The position numbers and the translations under genes were made by a program. A DNA stretch of 64,000 nt from Chloroflexota bacterium (GTDB lineage Bacteria > Chloroflexota > UBA11872), in NCBI GenBank assembly GCA_026707285.1, contig JAPOXD010000028.1, positions 24,350-88,349 on the forward strand, written 5' to 3'. Under the pieces are notes generated by a model that did not search any database, was not told where the DNA came from, and saw nothing but the letters and a program-made list of their open reading frames with translations. The first letter of the stretch is position 1. Every line of letters starts with the position of its first letter. This document shows, in pieces, positions 48,313 through 57,190 of this stretch.

Positions 48313-49062
48313 ATGGAGCGTCTGCCCGAGGTCCACGCCATGGCGCTGCACCTCAAGCGCCTGGAATTGACTGGATTCACGCTCGTACCCCAAGCCCTTG
48401 CTCCCGCACGCCTGGAGCGGGTTCGCGAGTGCCTCGACCAGCTCTTCAGCGACCACCCCAACGTGCCAACGGCCGTGAAGGACTACCGGCGGACGTCGCT
48501 CCCGGGATCGGGATCCATCGACATCAACCGCCTGTTCGAGCTAGACCCGATTTTCGAAGACCTCATGGACCTGCCGACCGTGCTGCCGGTCGTCCAAGCC
48601 GCGCTGGGCCACGACGCGACGCTGTGCTGCGATGCGACGGGAAACCACCGGGCGCCGCGTTCACGGGCGGCGACGCTTTGGCATCGCGACGGCGGCCCCT
48701 ACCTCCGTCTCACCTATTTCCTGGACGACATTACCGAGCGCAACGGCGCGACCGCGTTCCTTCCCGGGAGCCATCTGAGCGCCGAGCCGCCGCCGCCGTG
48801 GGCCAACCACGATGGTCAGCCGCGCCTGATTCCCGGAATGGTGCACGCCACCGGACCCGCGGGCGCCTGTCTGCTGAACAACACAAACCTCTGGCACACG
48901 AACACGCCGAACGACTCGGACCGGCCGCGCCGGGTGATCTGGCTGCTGTTCAAGCCGTCGCAGGTGGAGTTCGCGTCGCATGACGAGATGAAGTCCACCG
49001 ATGCCTACTTCGCCCGCCAAACCGACCCAGGGCGACGCGCCCTGATGGGCTTGGCGGACTAG
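48313..49062 (+). CDS. Phytanoyl-CoA dioxygenase (PhyH) family Fe(II)/2OG oxygenase
   Basis: HxD...H facial-triad arrangement (LWHRDGG...FLPGSHL...NLWHTNTPN). GGAGGG RBS 5 nt upstream of the ATG at 48313. Confidence 0.6.
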   Translation: MERLPEVHAMALHLKRLELTGFTLVPQALAPARLERVRECLDQLFSDHPNVPTAVKDYRRTSLPGSGSIDINRLFELDPIFEDLMDLPTVLPVVQAALGHDATLCCDATGNHRAPRSRAATLWHRDGGPYLRLTYFLDDITERNGATAFLPGSHLSAEPPPPWANHDGQPRLIPGMVHATGPAGACLLNNTNLWHTNTPNDSDRPRRVIWLLFKPSQVEFASHDEMKSTDAYFARQTDPGRRALMGLAD

Positions 49063-49174
49063 CTCATGTCGGCAGTCCGGGCAGCCGGCGGCCGGAGGTT
49101 CGGCGCTCTAGATTCCTCGCTACGCTCGGAATGACCGAGGGGCTCGGAGTGACCGAGAGGCTGGAGCAGGCCCG

Positions 49175-49945
49175 CTAGGTCGCGAGCACGAAGGTGTTGC
49201 TTAGGACGCCGTTGCCTTCGACTTCGACCTCGACGACGTCGCCGTCATTGAGCGGCGTGCTCTCGCCCGAGGTTCCGGTGAAGAAGACATCGCCCGGCTC
49301 GAGGGTCATGTACCGCGAGACGTAGCTGACCAGCTCGTCGACGCCGTAGAACATGTTGGTGGTGCGGGTGTCCTCGACCACCTCGCCATTGACTCGGGTG
49401 ATGAGCTGGAGGTCGCGGTAGTCCAGGCCGGGGGTGACCCAGGGGCCGAATGGCGAGAACGTGTCCGTGCCCTTGCCGCGAAACCAATCGCTGTCGGCGC
49501 CGACCCACTCGTAGGCGCTGACGTCGTTGGCGCAGCACACGCCGAGGATGTAGTCCGAGACCTCGTCCTCAGCGATATGGCGGCCACGCTTGCTGATGAC
49601 GACGGCCATTTCACCCTCATAGGACACCGGGGTTTCGCGGGGCATGACGACGTTGGCGCCGGGGTCGGTGACGGAGGTGCTGGGCGCCAGGAACGGCTTG
49701 GGACGGGGCGGCTTGGGCGCGCCCGCCATGTGGCTCTCGTAGTTGCCGGCGGCGTTGATGACCTTTGACGGCGCGGTCGGCGACTTGAGCGTGACCGCGT
49801 CGAGGGCAACCACCGCGCCGGTGCGCTGACGGTCGCCGAAGAAGTCGCCCTCGATCTCGGCGATCGAGCCGTCGTCCAAGATGCCGTGCCGGATGCTGCC
49901 GTCGAGTTCGTAGCGCACCAAGTGCATGTCGTCAGGTTCCTTCAT
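49175..49945 (-). CDS. Fumarylacetoacetate hydrolase (FAH) family protein
   Basis: Motifs typical of HpcE/FAH family members (VINAAGNY, YEGEMAVVI, DVSAYEW, GKGTDTFSPFGPW, FTGT). Confidence 0.7.
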   Translation of the reverse strand: MKEPDDMHLVRYELDGSIRHGILDDGSIAEIEGDFFGDRQRTGAVVALDAVTLKSPTAPSKVINAAGNYESHMAGAPKPPRPKPFLAPSTSVTDPGANVVMPRETPVSYEGEMAVVISKRGRHIAEDEVSDYILGVCCANDVSAYEWVGADSDWFRGKGTDTFSPFGPWVTPGLDYRDLQLITRVNGEVVEDTRTTNMFYGVDELVSYVSRYMTLEPGDVFFTGTSGESTPLNDGDVVEVEVEGNGVLSNTFVLAT

Positions 49946-50054
49946 CGCGCCGCGCCGCCAACCGGTGCGGGAAACAGTGCCGCGATTATCCATGATGCCG
50001 CTGGTCGAGGCGGAAATCGGGACGCCTCGCACTCGCGGGGCGCCTCGAAACGCC

Positions 50055-50088
50055 GAAGAGCCGGCGGTCGAGTGACCGCCGGCTCTTC
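50055..50088. terminator. Stem-loop downstream of SBP paralog 1 (copies also at 52482..52515 and 54847..54880)
   Basis: GAAGAGCCGGCGGTC-loop-GACCGCCGGCTCTTC. A 15-bp stem with no U-tract, as is common in high-GC genomes. Repeated after each of the three paralogs. Confidence 0.4.
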
Positions 50089-50135
50089 GCTGTCCGCGGG
50101 CGCCGCTGCTCAGGGCAGGGGCGCCGCGGTGGGCG

Positions 50136-52196
50136 CTACCGCTCTTCCCAGTACGGGTCGATCCACACCAGGTTGATCGGCGACCGCACGGGAATGGCGT
50201 AGTTCTGCATCCAGAACGCGCCCTTCACGCGGCGGTGGTACAGGTTCAGCAGCGACCCGCGCGAGAACTGCCCGTAGACCATCTCACCGCGCGCGTGCAA
50301 CCGCGTCGCCATCTCCAACCACGCCTCGCGCCGCTCCTCGGCGTTTGCGGCGCCAAGGATCGCCGCGTACGCCTCGTCGATCCACGGCCGGTTGATGTTC
50401 GAGTGGTTCCAGCCACCCAGCTCATACAGCCGGTCGCTGCAGATCCGCAGGCACGCGTCCACGGGGTTCTGGTCGCCGCCCATGTTGGCGAACACCAGAT
50501 CGTGCACCCGCTCCTGGTAGAGCTTTTCGATCACGGCGGAGCCGTCGATGATCAGGAACTCGGTCTGGATTCCGACCTCGTCCCAATAGGCCTTGATCGC
50601 CAGGTCACGCGGCGCCGGCGCTCGCCAGCGCATCCACTTGATGACCTTGTTCGAGTCCCAGCCCGATTCCGCGAGCAGTTCACGTGCGGCGTCCGGGTTG
50701 TAGGACAAGTCGCGGAAGGTGCCCTCGGGCGGATCCGACAGCAGCGCCACGTGCTCGAAGATGTAGTCCGAGATGAACCGCGTGCCGCCGTGCAGCTCGT
50801 TGTTCAACTGCTCGCGGTCCACGGCCAGCACCATGGCCTCGATCAGCAACGACTGCTGCTCGAGGGTCATGTCGGCGAAGATCTCCGCCGTCTGGTTCAG
50901 GAACACGCCGGACGCAAACGGTGAGCGCTGCGGGAACGGCCGCAGGTGCGCCTGCGCCGCCAACCGCGCGAAGGCCTCGATGCCGCCCGCCGCACGGTGG
51001 AAGTCGATCGGGTTCGGCTGCTCGTTGGCCTCGGTGGCCGCGTCGAGCGCCGCGCCGTCGCCATAGCGCACGACGTAGTCGTCCACGTACGGCGCGCCGT
51101 AGGCCCAGTCTTTGTTCGCCGTGAGGTCGGCGAACTGCTGGGTGACGTAGCGCTCGAAGATCATCGGACCGTTGCCCAGGAGGTCCACGGCCCGCGCTTC
51201 GGTCGCGATCGCCTTGTCCAGACCCGCGAAGTGGTGCCGCGGCATGGCAAAGACCTTGCTGCCGGACGCCCACCAGTTGTTGTCGGGCCGCTCGATCGTG
51301 ACCTGGACCGTCATCTCGTCAATCTTCGACACACCCGAGGCGTCGGTGATGCTTTCGGTCGGGTTCTCCGCCCAGGCCTTCACTCCCTCAATGTCGCCCC
51401 AGGCCGTCTTGTGCTTGTTGTTGTTGTAGGCCGGGTCGAACGCCATCTCCATGCCGAACAGGATGTCGTCGGCGTCGACCACGCGCGTGCGGTCGTGCCA
51501 CCAGATGTCGGGGTTGAGATGGAAGATGTAGGAGCGGTCCTGCTCAACTTCCTCCCAGCTGCTGGCCAGGGCCTTGTCCCATTGGCCGGTCATCTGCGGC
51601 GTCTCGCCCATGCCCCAGGTGTCGCCGATCCACAGCGGTTCATAGACGTAGCCAAACACGAACCCCTGCGTGCTGCTGACGGCGCGCAGCGGCGTGAAGA
51701 TGTCCTGCGTGTTGGCGCGACTGGCGCTGAGCGTCAGCGTGCCGCCGGTGAGCGGGCCGTCCGGAATCATCATCTCGGCCGTGACTTCCTTGATGACCTC
51801 GACTTCCTTCGTCACGACCTTCTCGACGACGACTTCCTTCGGCACTTCCTTGATGACTTCGACTTCCTTGACGACTTCCTTCGGCACTTCCTTGACGACT
51901 TCGACTTCCTTGACGACTTCCTTGATCACTTCCTGCGTCACGACCTTCTCGACCGCGACTTCCTTGACGACTTCCTTCGTGACCACGGACTCGACCGGGA
52001 CCTCCTTCACCACTTCCTTGGTGACGACGGTCTCAACCGGGACCTCTTTGATCACTTCCTGCGTGACGATCTTTTCGACGATTTGCGCCTCGCCACACGC
52101 CGCCAACACGGCCGCGCCTGCCGCGCCGAATAGGCCGGCGGACGCACCGCGCAACAGATTTCGACGGGTCATGACCCGTCCCGCAACATGCCTCAT
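50136..52196 (-). CDS. Tat-lipoprotein ABC transporter substrate-binding protein, family 5, with N-terminal KEV-repeat linker (paralog 1)
   Basis: Tat signal MTRRNLLRGASAGLFGAAGAAVLAACGE, then ~100 aa of (V/I)(T/V)KEV repeats, then an SBP_bac_5 fold of about 520 aa. Confidence 0.75.
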   Translation of the reverse strand: MRHVAGRVMTRRNLLRGASAGLFGAAGAAVLAACGEAQIVEKIVTQEVIKEVPVETVVTKEVVKEVPVESVVTKEVVKEVAVEKVVTQEVIKEVVKEVEVVKEVPKEVVKEVEVIKEVPKEVVVEKVVTKEVEVIKEVTAEMMIPDGPLTGGTLTLSASRANTQDIFTPLRAVSSTQGFVFGYVYEPLWIGDTWGMGETPQMTGQWDKALASSWEEVEQDRSYIFHLNPDIWWHDRTRVVDADDILFGMEMAFDPAYNNNKHKTAWGDIEGVKAWAENPTESITDASGVSKIDEMTVQVTIERPDNNWWASGSKVFAMPRHHFAGLDKAIATEARAVDLLGNGPMIFERYVTQQFADLTANKDWAYGAPYVDDYVVRYGDGAALDAATEANEQPNPIDFHRAAGGIEAFARLAAQAHLRPFPQRSPFASGVFLNQTAEIFADMTLEQQSLLIEAMVLAVDREQLNNELHGGTRFISDYIFEHVALLSDPPEGTFRDLSYNPDAARELLAESGWDSNKVIKWMRWRAPAPRDLAIKAYWDEVGIQTEFLIIDGSAVIEKLYQERVHDLVFANMGGDQNPVDACLRICSDRLYELGGWNHSNINRPWIDEAYAAILGAANAEERREAWLEMATRLHARGEMVYGQFSRGSLLNLYHRRVKGAFWMQNYAIPVRSPINLVWIDPYWEER
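51790..52090. repeat. About 300 nt of short tandem coding repeats (KEV linker); near-identical copies at about 54200..54500 and 56590..56885
   Basis: Forward-strand periodic units (gacttccttgacgacttccttcg...). The three copies are visibly near-identical at nucleotide level, whereas flanking SBP-domain DNA has diverged. Confidence 0.5.
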
Positions 52197-52209
52197 ACAA
52201 ACCTCCCCT

Positions 52210-52229
52210 GCCGCCGACTTGGCGGCGGC
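52210..52229. promoter_or_regulatory. Conserved 5' leader hairpin abutting the RBS of SBP paralog 1 (counterparts at 54622..54641 and about 57006..57025)
   Basis: The mRNA reads CGCCUAGCGGCG-UGCCGCCG-loop-CGGCGGC-AGGGGAGG-N6-AUG. The stem is conserved, while the loop differs among copies (ACUU, UCCU, ACAU). Confidence 0.35.
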
Positions 52230-52562
52230 ACGCCGCTAGGCGAAAGACCCGCGGCGTCGGTATCGTGGCGGCGCGCCTTGCAACATCCCGGCCACGCCAC
52301 GGGGCAAGAGCCTAACCGAAACCAAGAGAGGCGCGCGAATGGCCCATGGTTCGTCGGCCGGGCAGTCTTGTTCAGTTGTCCTCAAACCGCATGCGTCGAC
52401 GAAGATGACGCGCGCATCTGTGGGTCGCGAAGCGGGCGGCGGCCGGCGCGTGCACGGAGTGCGATGTACTTGCGAAACGCCGAAGAGCCGGCGGTCGAAC
52501 GACCGCCGGCTCCTCGATCTGGGCTCATGCCGCCGCGCGAGGCGCCGGCATGGCGGTAGGCG

Positions 52563-54608
52563 CTACCGCTCGTCCCAGTACTCGTCCAGCCACACGCGCT
52601 CGATCGGCGAGTGCACCGGCATGGCGTAGAACTGCATGTAGAACGCCCCCTGCAGACGCCTGTGATACAGGTTCCGCAGTGAACCGCGCCAAAACAGTCC
52701 GGCCACCATGTTGCCCTTGGAGTGGAGTCGCGTGGCGAACTCGATCCACCGCTCGCGCAGCGCCTCGTTGTTCTCCGCCGCGAGCATGTCGGCGTACGCC
52801 TCGTCGATCCACGGGCGGTTGATGTTCGAGTGGTTCCAGCCGCCGAGCTCGTACACCCGGTCGCTGCACACGCGCAGGCACGCGTCCACCACCGCCTGGT
52901 CGCCGCCCATATTGGCGAGGACCAAGTCGTGCACCCGCTCCTGGTACAGCTTCTCGATCACCGCCGAGCCGTCGACCAGGAAGAACTCAACCTTGATGCC
53001 CACCTGCTCCCAGTAGTTCTTGAGCGCCAGGTCCGTCGGCGACGGCGGCCCCCACTTGATCCAGTTGATCACCTTCTCGGAGTCCCACTGGGCTTCCTCG
53101 ACCAGAGCGCGCGCCGCGTCCGGGTCGTAAGGCATGGCGCGGAAGGTGCCCTCGGGCGGGTCCTGCATCAGCGCCACGTGCTCGAAGATGTAGTCCGAGA
53201 TGAACAGCGTGCCCGCGTGGAGCTCGTTGTTGACCGTGTCCCGGTCCACCGCCCGCACCATGGCCTCGATCATCAGCGACTGCTGCTCGAGGGTCATGTC
53301 GGCGAAGGTCTCGGCGGTCTGGTTGAAGAACACGTGCCCGCCGAACGGTGAGCGCTGCGGGAACGGCCGCAGGTGCCCAAGGCTCGCGAGCCGCTGGAAG
53401 GCCTCGATGTTGCTGGCGCGGTGGAAGTCCTGCTCGCCCGCCTCCATCGCCGCGTCAAGCGCGTTGCGCTCGCCGTAACGCACGACGTAGTCGTCGACGT
53501 ACGGCGCGCCGTAGGCGAAGTCCTTGTGCGCCGTCATGTCGGCGAACTGCTGGGTGACGTAGCGCTCCCAGATCATCGGACCGTTACCCAGCGGGTTCAG
53601 CGCCCGCGTCTGGATGGCCGTTGCCGGGTCGAGACCGGCGTAGTGGTGCCGGGCCATGGGCGGCAGGTGCCAGTCGCGACTCGCCCACCAGGCCGAATCG
53701 GGCCGGTCGATCGCGACCTGCACCGTCATCTCGTCGATCTTCGTCAGGCCGGGAATGTCCTCCACGTTGTCCGTGGGGTTCTCGCCCCAGGCCTCGGCGC
53801 CCTCGATCCGGCCCCAGGCCTTCTTGTGCTGGCCCGAGCCGTAGTTCTTGTCCAGCCCCATCTTGGCGCCGAACAGCACGTCGTCCGCCGTCAACGGCAC
53901 CTGGTCGTGCCACGTGACGTCGGGATTGAGGTGGAAGTTGTAGACGCGGGCGCGCTCGACCTCGTCCCAGCTGCTGGCCACGCCTTTGTCCCACTCACCC
54001 GTCATGGCCGGGGTGTCACCGGCGCCCCACGTGTCGCCATACCACAGGGGCATGAACACGTAGTCGGTGATGTAGGCCTGCGAGCTGCTGACCTGCTTGA
54101 GCGGGTTGAAGATGTCCTGGTGGTTCGGGCCGCTGCCGCTGTGATTCAGCGTGCCGCCGCTGATCGGACCCTCCGGGATCATCATCTCGGCCGTGACTTC
54201 CTTGATGACCTCGACTTCCTTGGTGACGATCTTCTCGACGACGACTTCCTTCGGGACTTCCTTGATGACTTCGACTTCCTTGACGACTTCCTTCGGAACC
54301 TCCTTGACGACTTCGACTTCCTTGACGACTTCCTTGATCACTTCCTGCGTCACGACCTTCTCGACCGCGACTTCCTTGACGACTTCCTTCGTGACCACGG
54401 ACTCGACCGGGACCTCCTTCACCACTTCCTTGGTGACGACGGTCTCAACCGGGACCTCTCGGATCACTTCCTGCGTGACGATTTTTTCGACGACTTGCGC
54501 CTCGCCACACGCCGCCAGCACGGCCGCCCCCGCCGCCCCAAACAGGCCGGCGGACGCACCGCGCAACAGATTCCGACGGGTCATGACCCGTCCCGCAACA
54601 TCCTTCAT
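52563..54608 (-). CDS. Tat-lipoprotein ABC transporter substrate-binding protein, family 5, KEV-repeat linker (paralog 2)
   Basis: Same architecture as paralog 1. The linker is identical and the SBP domain is about 70% identical to paralog 1. Confidence 0.75.
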   Translation of the reverse strand: MKDVAGRVMTRRNLLRGASAGLFGAAGAAVLAACGEAQVVEKIVTQEVIREVPVETVVTKEVVKEVPVESVVTKEVVKEVAVEKVVTQEVIKEVVKEVEVVKEVPKEVVKEVEVIKEVPKEVVVEKIVTKEVEVIKEVTAEMMIPEGPISGGTLNHSGSGPNHQDIFNPLKQVSSSQAYITDYVFMPLWYGDTWGAGDTPAMTGEWDKGVASSWDEVERARVYNFHLNPDVTWHDQVPLTADDVLFGAKMGLDKNYGSGQHKKAWGRIEGAEAWGENPTDNVEDIPGLTKIDEMTVQVAIDRPDSAWWASRDWHLPPMARHHYAGLDPATAIQTRALNPLGNGPMIWERYVTQQFADMTAHKDFAYGAPYVDDYVVRYGERNALDAAMEAGEQDFHRASNIEAFQRLASLGHLRPFPQRSPFGGHVFFNQTAETFADMTLEQQSLMIEAMVRAVDRDTVNNELHAGTLFISDYIFEHVALMQDPPEGTFRAMPYDPDAARALVEEAQWDSEKVINWIKWGPPSPTDLALKNYWEQVGIKVEFFLVDGSAVIEKLYQERVHDLVLANMGGDQAVVDACLRVCSDRVYELGGWNHSNINRPWIDEAYADMLAAENNEALRERWIEFATRLHSKGNMVAGLFWRGSLRNLYHRRLQGAFYMQFYAMPVHSPIERVWLDEYWDER

Positions 54609-54928
54609 GCCAGCCTCCCCTGCCGCCGTCCTGGCGGCGGCGCACCGCTAGGCGAACGTTCCGCGGCGACGGTGTCGGGGCGGCGCGCCTTGCATCATCC
54701 CGGCCACGCCGCGGGGCGCGAGATTAACCGAATCAACTACGGGCGGGCAAGTTTTCCTAACCGGAAGTGACGCGCGGGTCGGTGGATTTCCCCGACGCGT
54801 GCGATCCCCGGCGCGTCCGTGGGAATCCCGCCCATCGCCAAGACGCGGAAGAGCCGGCGGTCTTGCGACCGCCGGCTCTTCGCTGTCCGCGGGTGCCGCT
54901 GCTCAGCGCAGGGGCATCGCGGTGAGCG

Positions 54929-56992
54929 CTACCGCTCTTCCCAATACGGGTCGATCCACACCTGGTTGATCGGGGACCGAACGGGAATCGCGTAGTGCTG
55001 CATCCAGAAGGCGCCCTGGACTCGGCGGTGGTACAGGTTGAGCAGCGAACCGCGCCACAGCAGGCCGGCCACGATGTTGCCCTTGGAGTGCAACCGTGCG
55101 GCCAGCTCCAGCCATCGCTCGCGCTTCTCTTCCTGCGTCTCCGCCGCGAACACCGCCGCGTACATCTCGTCGATCCACGGGCGGTTGATGTTCGAGTGGT
55201 TCCACCCACCGAGCTCGTACACCTTGTCGCTGCACACGCGCAGACACGCGTCGAGGGCGTTCTGGCCGCCACCCATGTTCGCCATGACCATGTCGTGCAC
55301 GCGCTCTTGGTACAGCTTCTCGATCACGGCTGAACCGTCGACAAGCAGGAACTCGGTCTTGACGCCAACCTGGTCCCAGTAGTCCTTGAGCGCCAGGTCC
55401 GCGGCAGACGGCGGCCCCCACTTGATCCACTTGATGACCTTCTCCGAGTCCCACTGGGCCTCTTCAAGCAGGGCCCGGGCCTCATCGGGGTCGTAGGACA
55501 GGTCGCGGAAGGTGCCCTCCGGCGGGTCCTGCAACAGCGCGATGTGCTCGAAGATGTAGTCCGAGATGAACAGCGTGCCGCCGTACAGCTCGTTGTTCAT
55601 GGTCTCGCGGTCGACCGCGCGCACCATGGCCTCGATCACCAGCGACTGCTGCTCAAGGGTCATGTCCGAGAAGATTTCGGCGGTCTGGTTGAAGAACACG
55701 TGCCCGCCGAACGGTGAACGCTGCGGGAACGGCCGCAGGTGCGGCTGTGCCGCCAGCCGCGCGAAGGCCTCGGTCCGTGAGCCGCCAGCCGCGCGATGGA
55801 AGTCGATCGGGTTCGGCTGCTCGTTGGCCTCGGTGGCCGCGTTCAGCGCCTCGCCGTCACCGTAGCGCACGATGTAGTCGTCCACCCACGGTGCGCCGTA
55901 GGCGTAGCTCTTGTTCGCCGTGAGGTCGGCGAACTGCTGCGTGACGTAGCGCTCCCAGATCATCGGACCGTTGCCCAGCAAGCTGGTGGCCCGCGCCTCG
56001 GTGGCGATCGCCTTGTCCAGTCCCGCGTAGTGGTGGCGCGCCATCGGGAAGATCTTGCTCCCCGCCGCCCACCAGTCCGGGTCCTCCTTCTCGAGCGCAA
56101 CCTGAATCGTCATCTCGTCGATGACGGAGATGCCCTCGATGTCCTCAGCGCTGTCGGTCGGGTTGTCGCCCCAGGCCCTGGCGCCGGCGATGTCGCCCCA
56201 ATCCTGCTTGTGCTTGTTGTTGTTGTAGTTGGTGTCGAACGCCATCTCGATGCCGAACAACACGTCGCTGACGGTCAACGGCGCGCCGTCGTGCCAACCC
56301 ACGTCCGGATTGAGCGTGAAGTTGTAGACGCGGTTGCGCTCGACCTCTTCCCAGCTGTTGGCCACACCAGGCGCCCACTGGCCGGTCATCGCCGGTGTCT
56401 CACCCGGACCCCACGTGTCGCCATACCACAGGGGCATGAAGACGTAGTCGGTCACGAAGGCCTGCGTGCTGCTGACCTGGCGGAGCTGCGTGAAGATGTC
56501 CTGGGTGTTGGCGCGGCTGGCGCTGAGCGTCAGGACCTCGCCACTGAGCGGACCCTCCGGAATCATCATCTCGGCCGTGACTTCCTTGATGACCTCGACT
56601 TCCTTCGTCACGACCTTCTCGACGACGACTTCCTTCGGCACTTCCTTGATGACTTCGACTTCCTTGACGACTTCCTTCGGCACTTCCTTGACGACTTCGA
56701 CTTCCTTGACGACTTCCTTGATCACTTCCTGCGTCACGACCTTCTCGACCGCGACTTCCTTGACGACTTCCTTCGTGACCACGGACTCGACCGGGACCTC
56801 CTTCACCACTTCCTTGGTGACGACGGTCTCAACCGGGACCTCTCGGATCACTTCCTGCGTGACGATTTTTTCGACGACCTGCGCCTCGCCACACGCCGCC
56901 AGCACCGCCGCGCCTGCGGCCCCGAATAGGCCGGCGGACGCACCGCGCAACAGATTGCGGCGGGTCATGACACGCCCCGCAACATGCTTCAT
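54929..56992 (-). CDS. Tat-lipoprotein ABC transporter substrate-binding protein, family 5, KEV-repeat linker (paralog 3)
   Basis: Same architecture. The ORF extends to 57043, but the conserved start M(K/R)(H/D)VAGRVMTRRNLL supports 56992. Confidence 0.75.
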   Translation of the reverse strand: MKHVAGRVMTRRNLLRGASAGLFGAAGAAVLAACGEAQVVEKIVTQEVIREVPVETVVTKEVVKEVPVESVVTKEVVKEVAVEKVVTQEVIKEVVKEVEVVKEVPKEVVKEVEVIKEVPKEVVVEKVVTKEVEVIKEVTAEMMIPEGPLSGEVLTLSASRANTQDIFTQLRQVSSTQAFVTDYVFMPLWYGDTWGPGETPAMTGQWAPGVANSWEEVERNRVYNFTLNPDVGWHDGAPLTVSDVLFGIEMAFDTNYNNNKHKQDWGDIAGARAWGDNPTDSAEDIEGISVIDEMTIQVALEKEDPDWWAAGSKIFPMARHHYAGLDKAIATEARATSLLGNGPMIWERYVTQQFADLTANKSYAYGAPWVDDYIVRYGDGEALNAATEANEQPNPIDFHRAAGGSRTEAFARLAAQPHLRPFPQRSPFGGHVFFNQTAEIFSDMTLEQQSLVIEAMVRAVDRETMNNELYGGTLFISDYIFEHIALLQDPPEGTFRDLSYDPDEARALLEEAQWDSEKVIKWIKWGPPSAADLALKDYWDQVGVKTEFLLVDGSAVIEKLYQERVHDMVMANMGGGQNALDACLRVCSDKVYELGGWNHSNINRPWIDEMYAAVFAAETQEEKRERWLELAARLHSKGNIVAGLLWRGSLLNLYHRRVQGAFWMQHYAIPVRSPINQVWIDPYWEER

Positions 56993-57190
56993 ACAAACCT
57001 CCCCTTGCCGCCGACATGGCGGTAGCACCGCCCCGCGGACCACCCGCGGCGGCGGCTTTCCAGCGGCGCATTATCCACAAATTTGGGCAACGCCGCGAAC
57101 GCCAAGGACACCCGAAGTCCCGGCAGCCCTTCCGCGTCTGGGGTCCCCGCGCACACAACTCCGCTGCGGACGACGACTGACCGCCGTGCG

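Noticed and set aside
50946-56929. Long + strand ORFs (395, 465 and 377 aa) with FLDDFDFLDDFLRH repeats.
   Set aside because: They are antisense images of the KEV-repeat linkers and SBP genes. The repeats are the complement of KEVVKEV codons.
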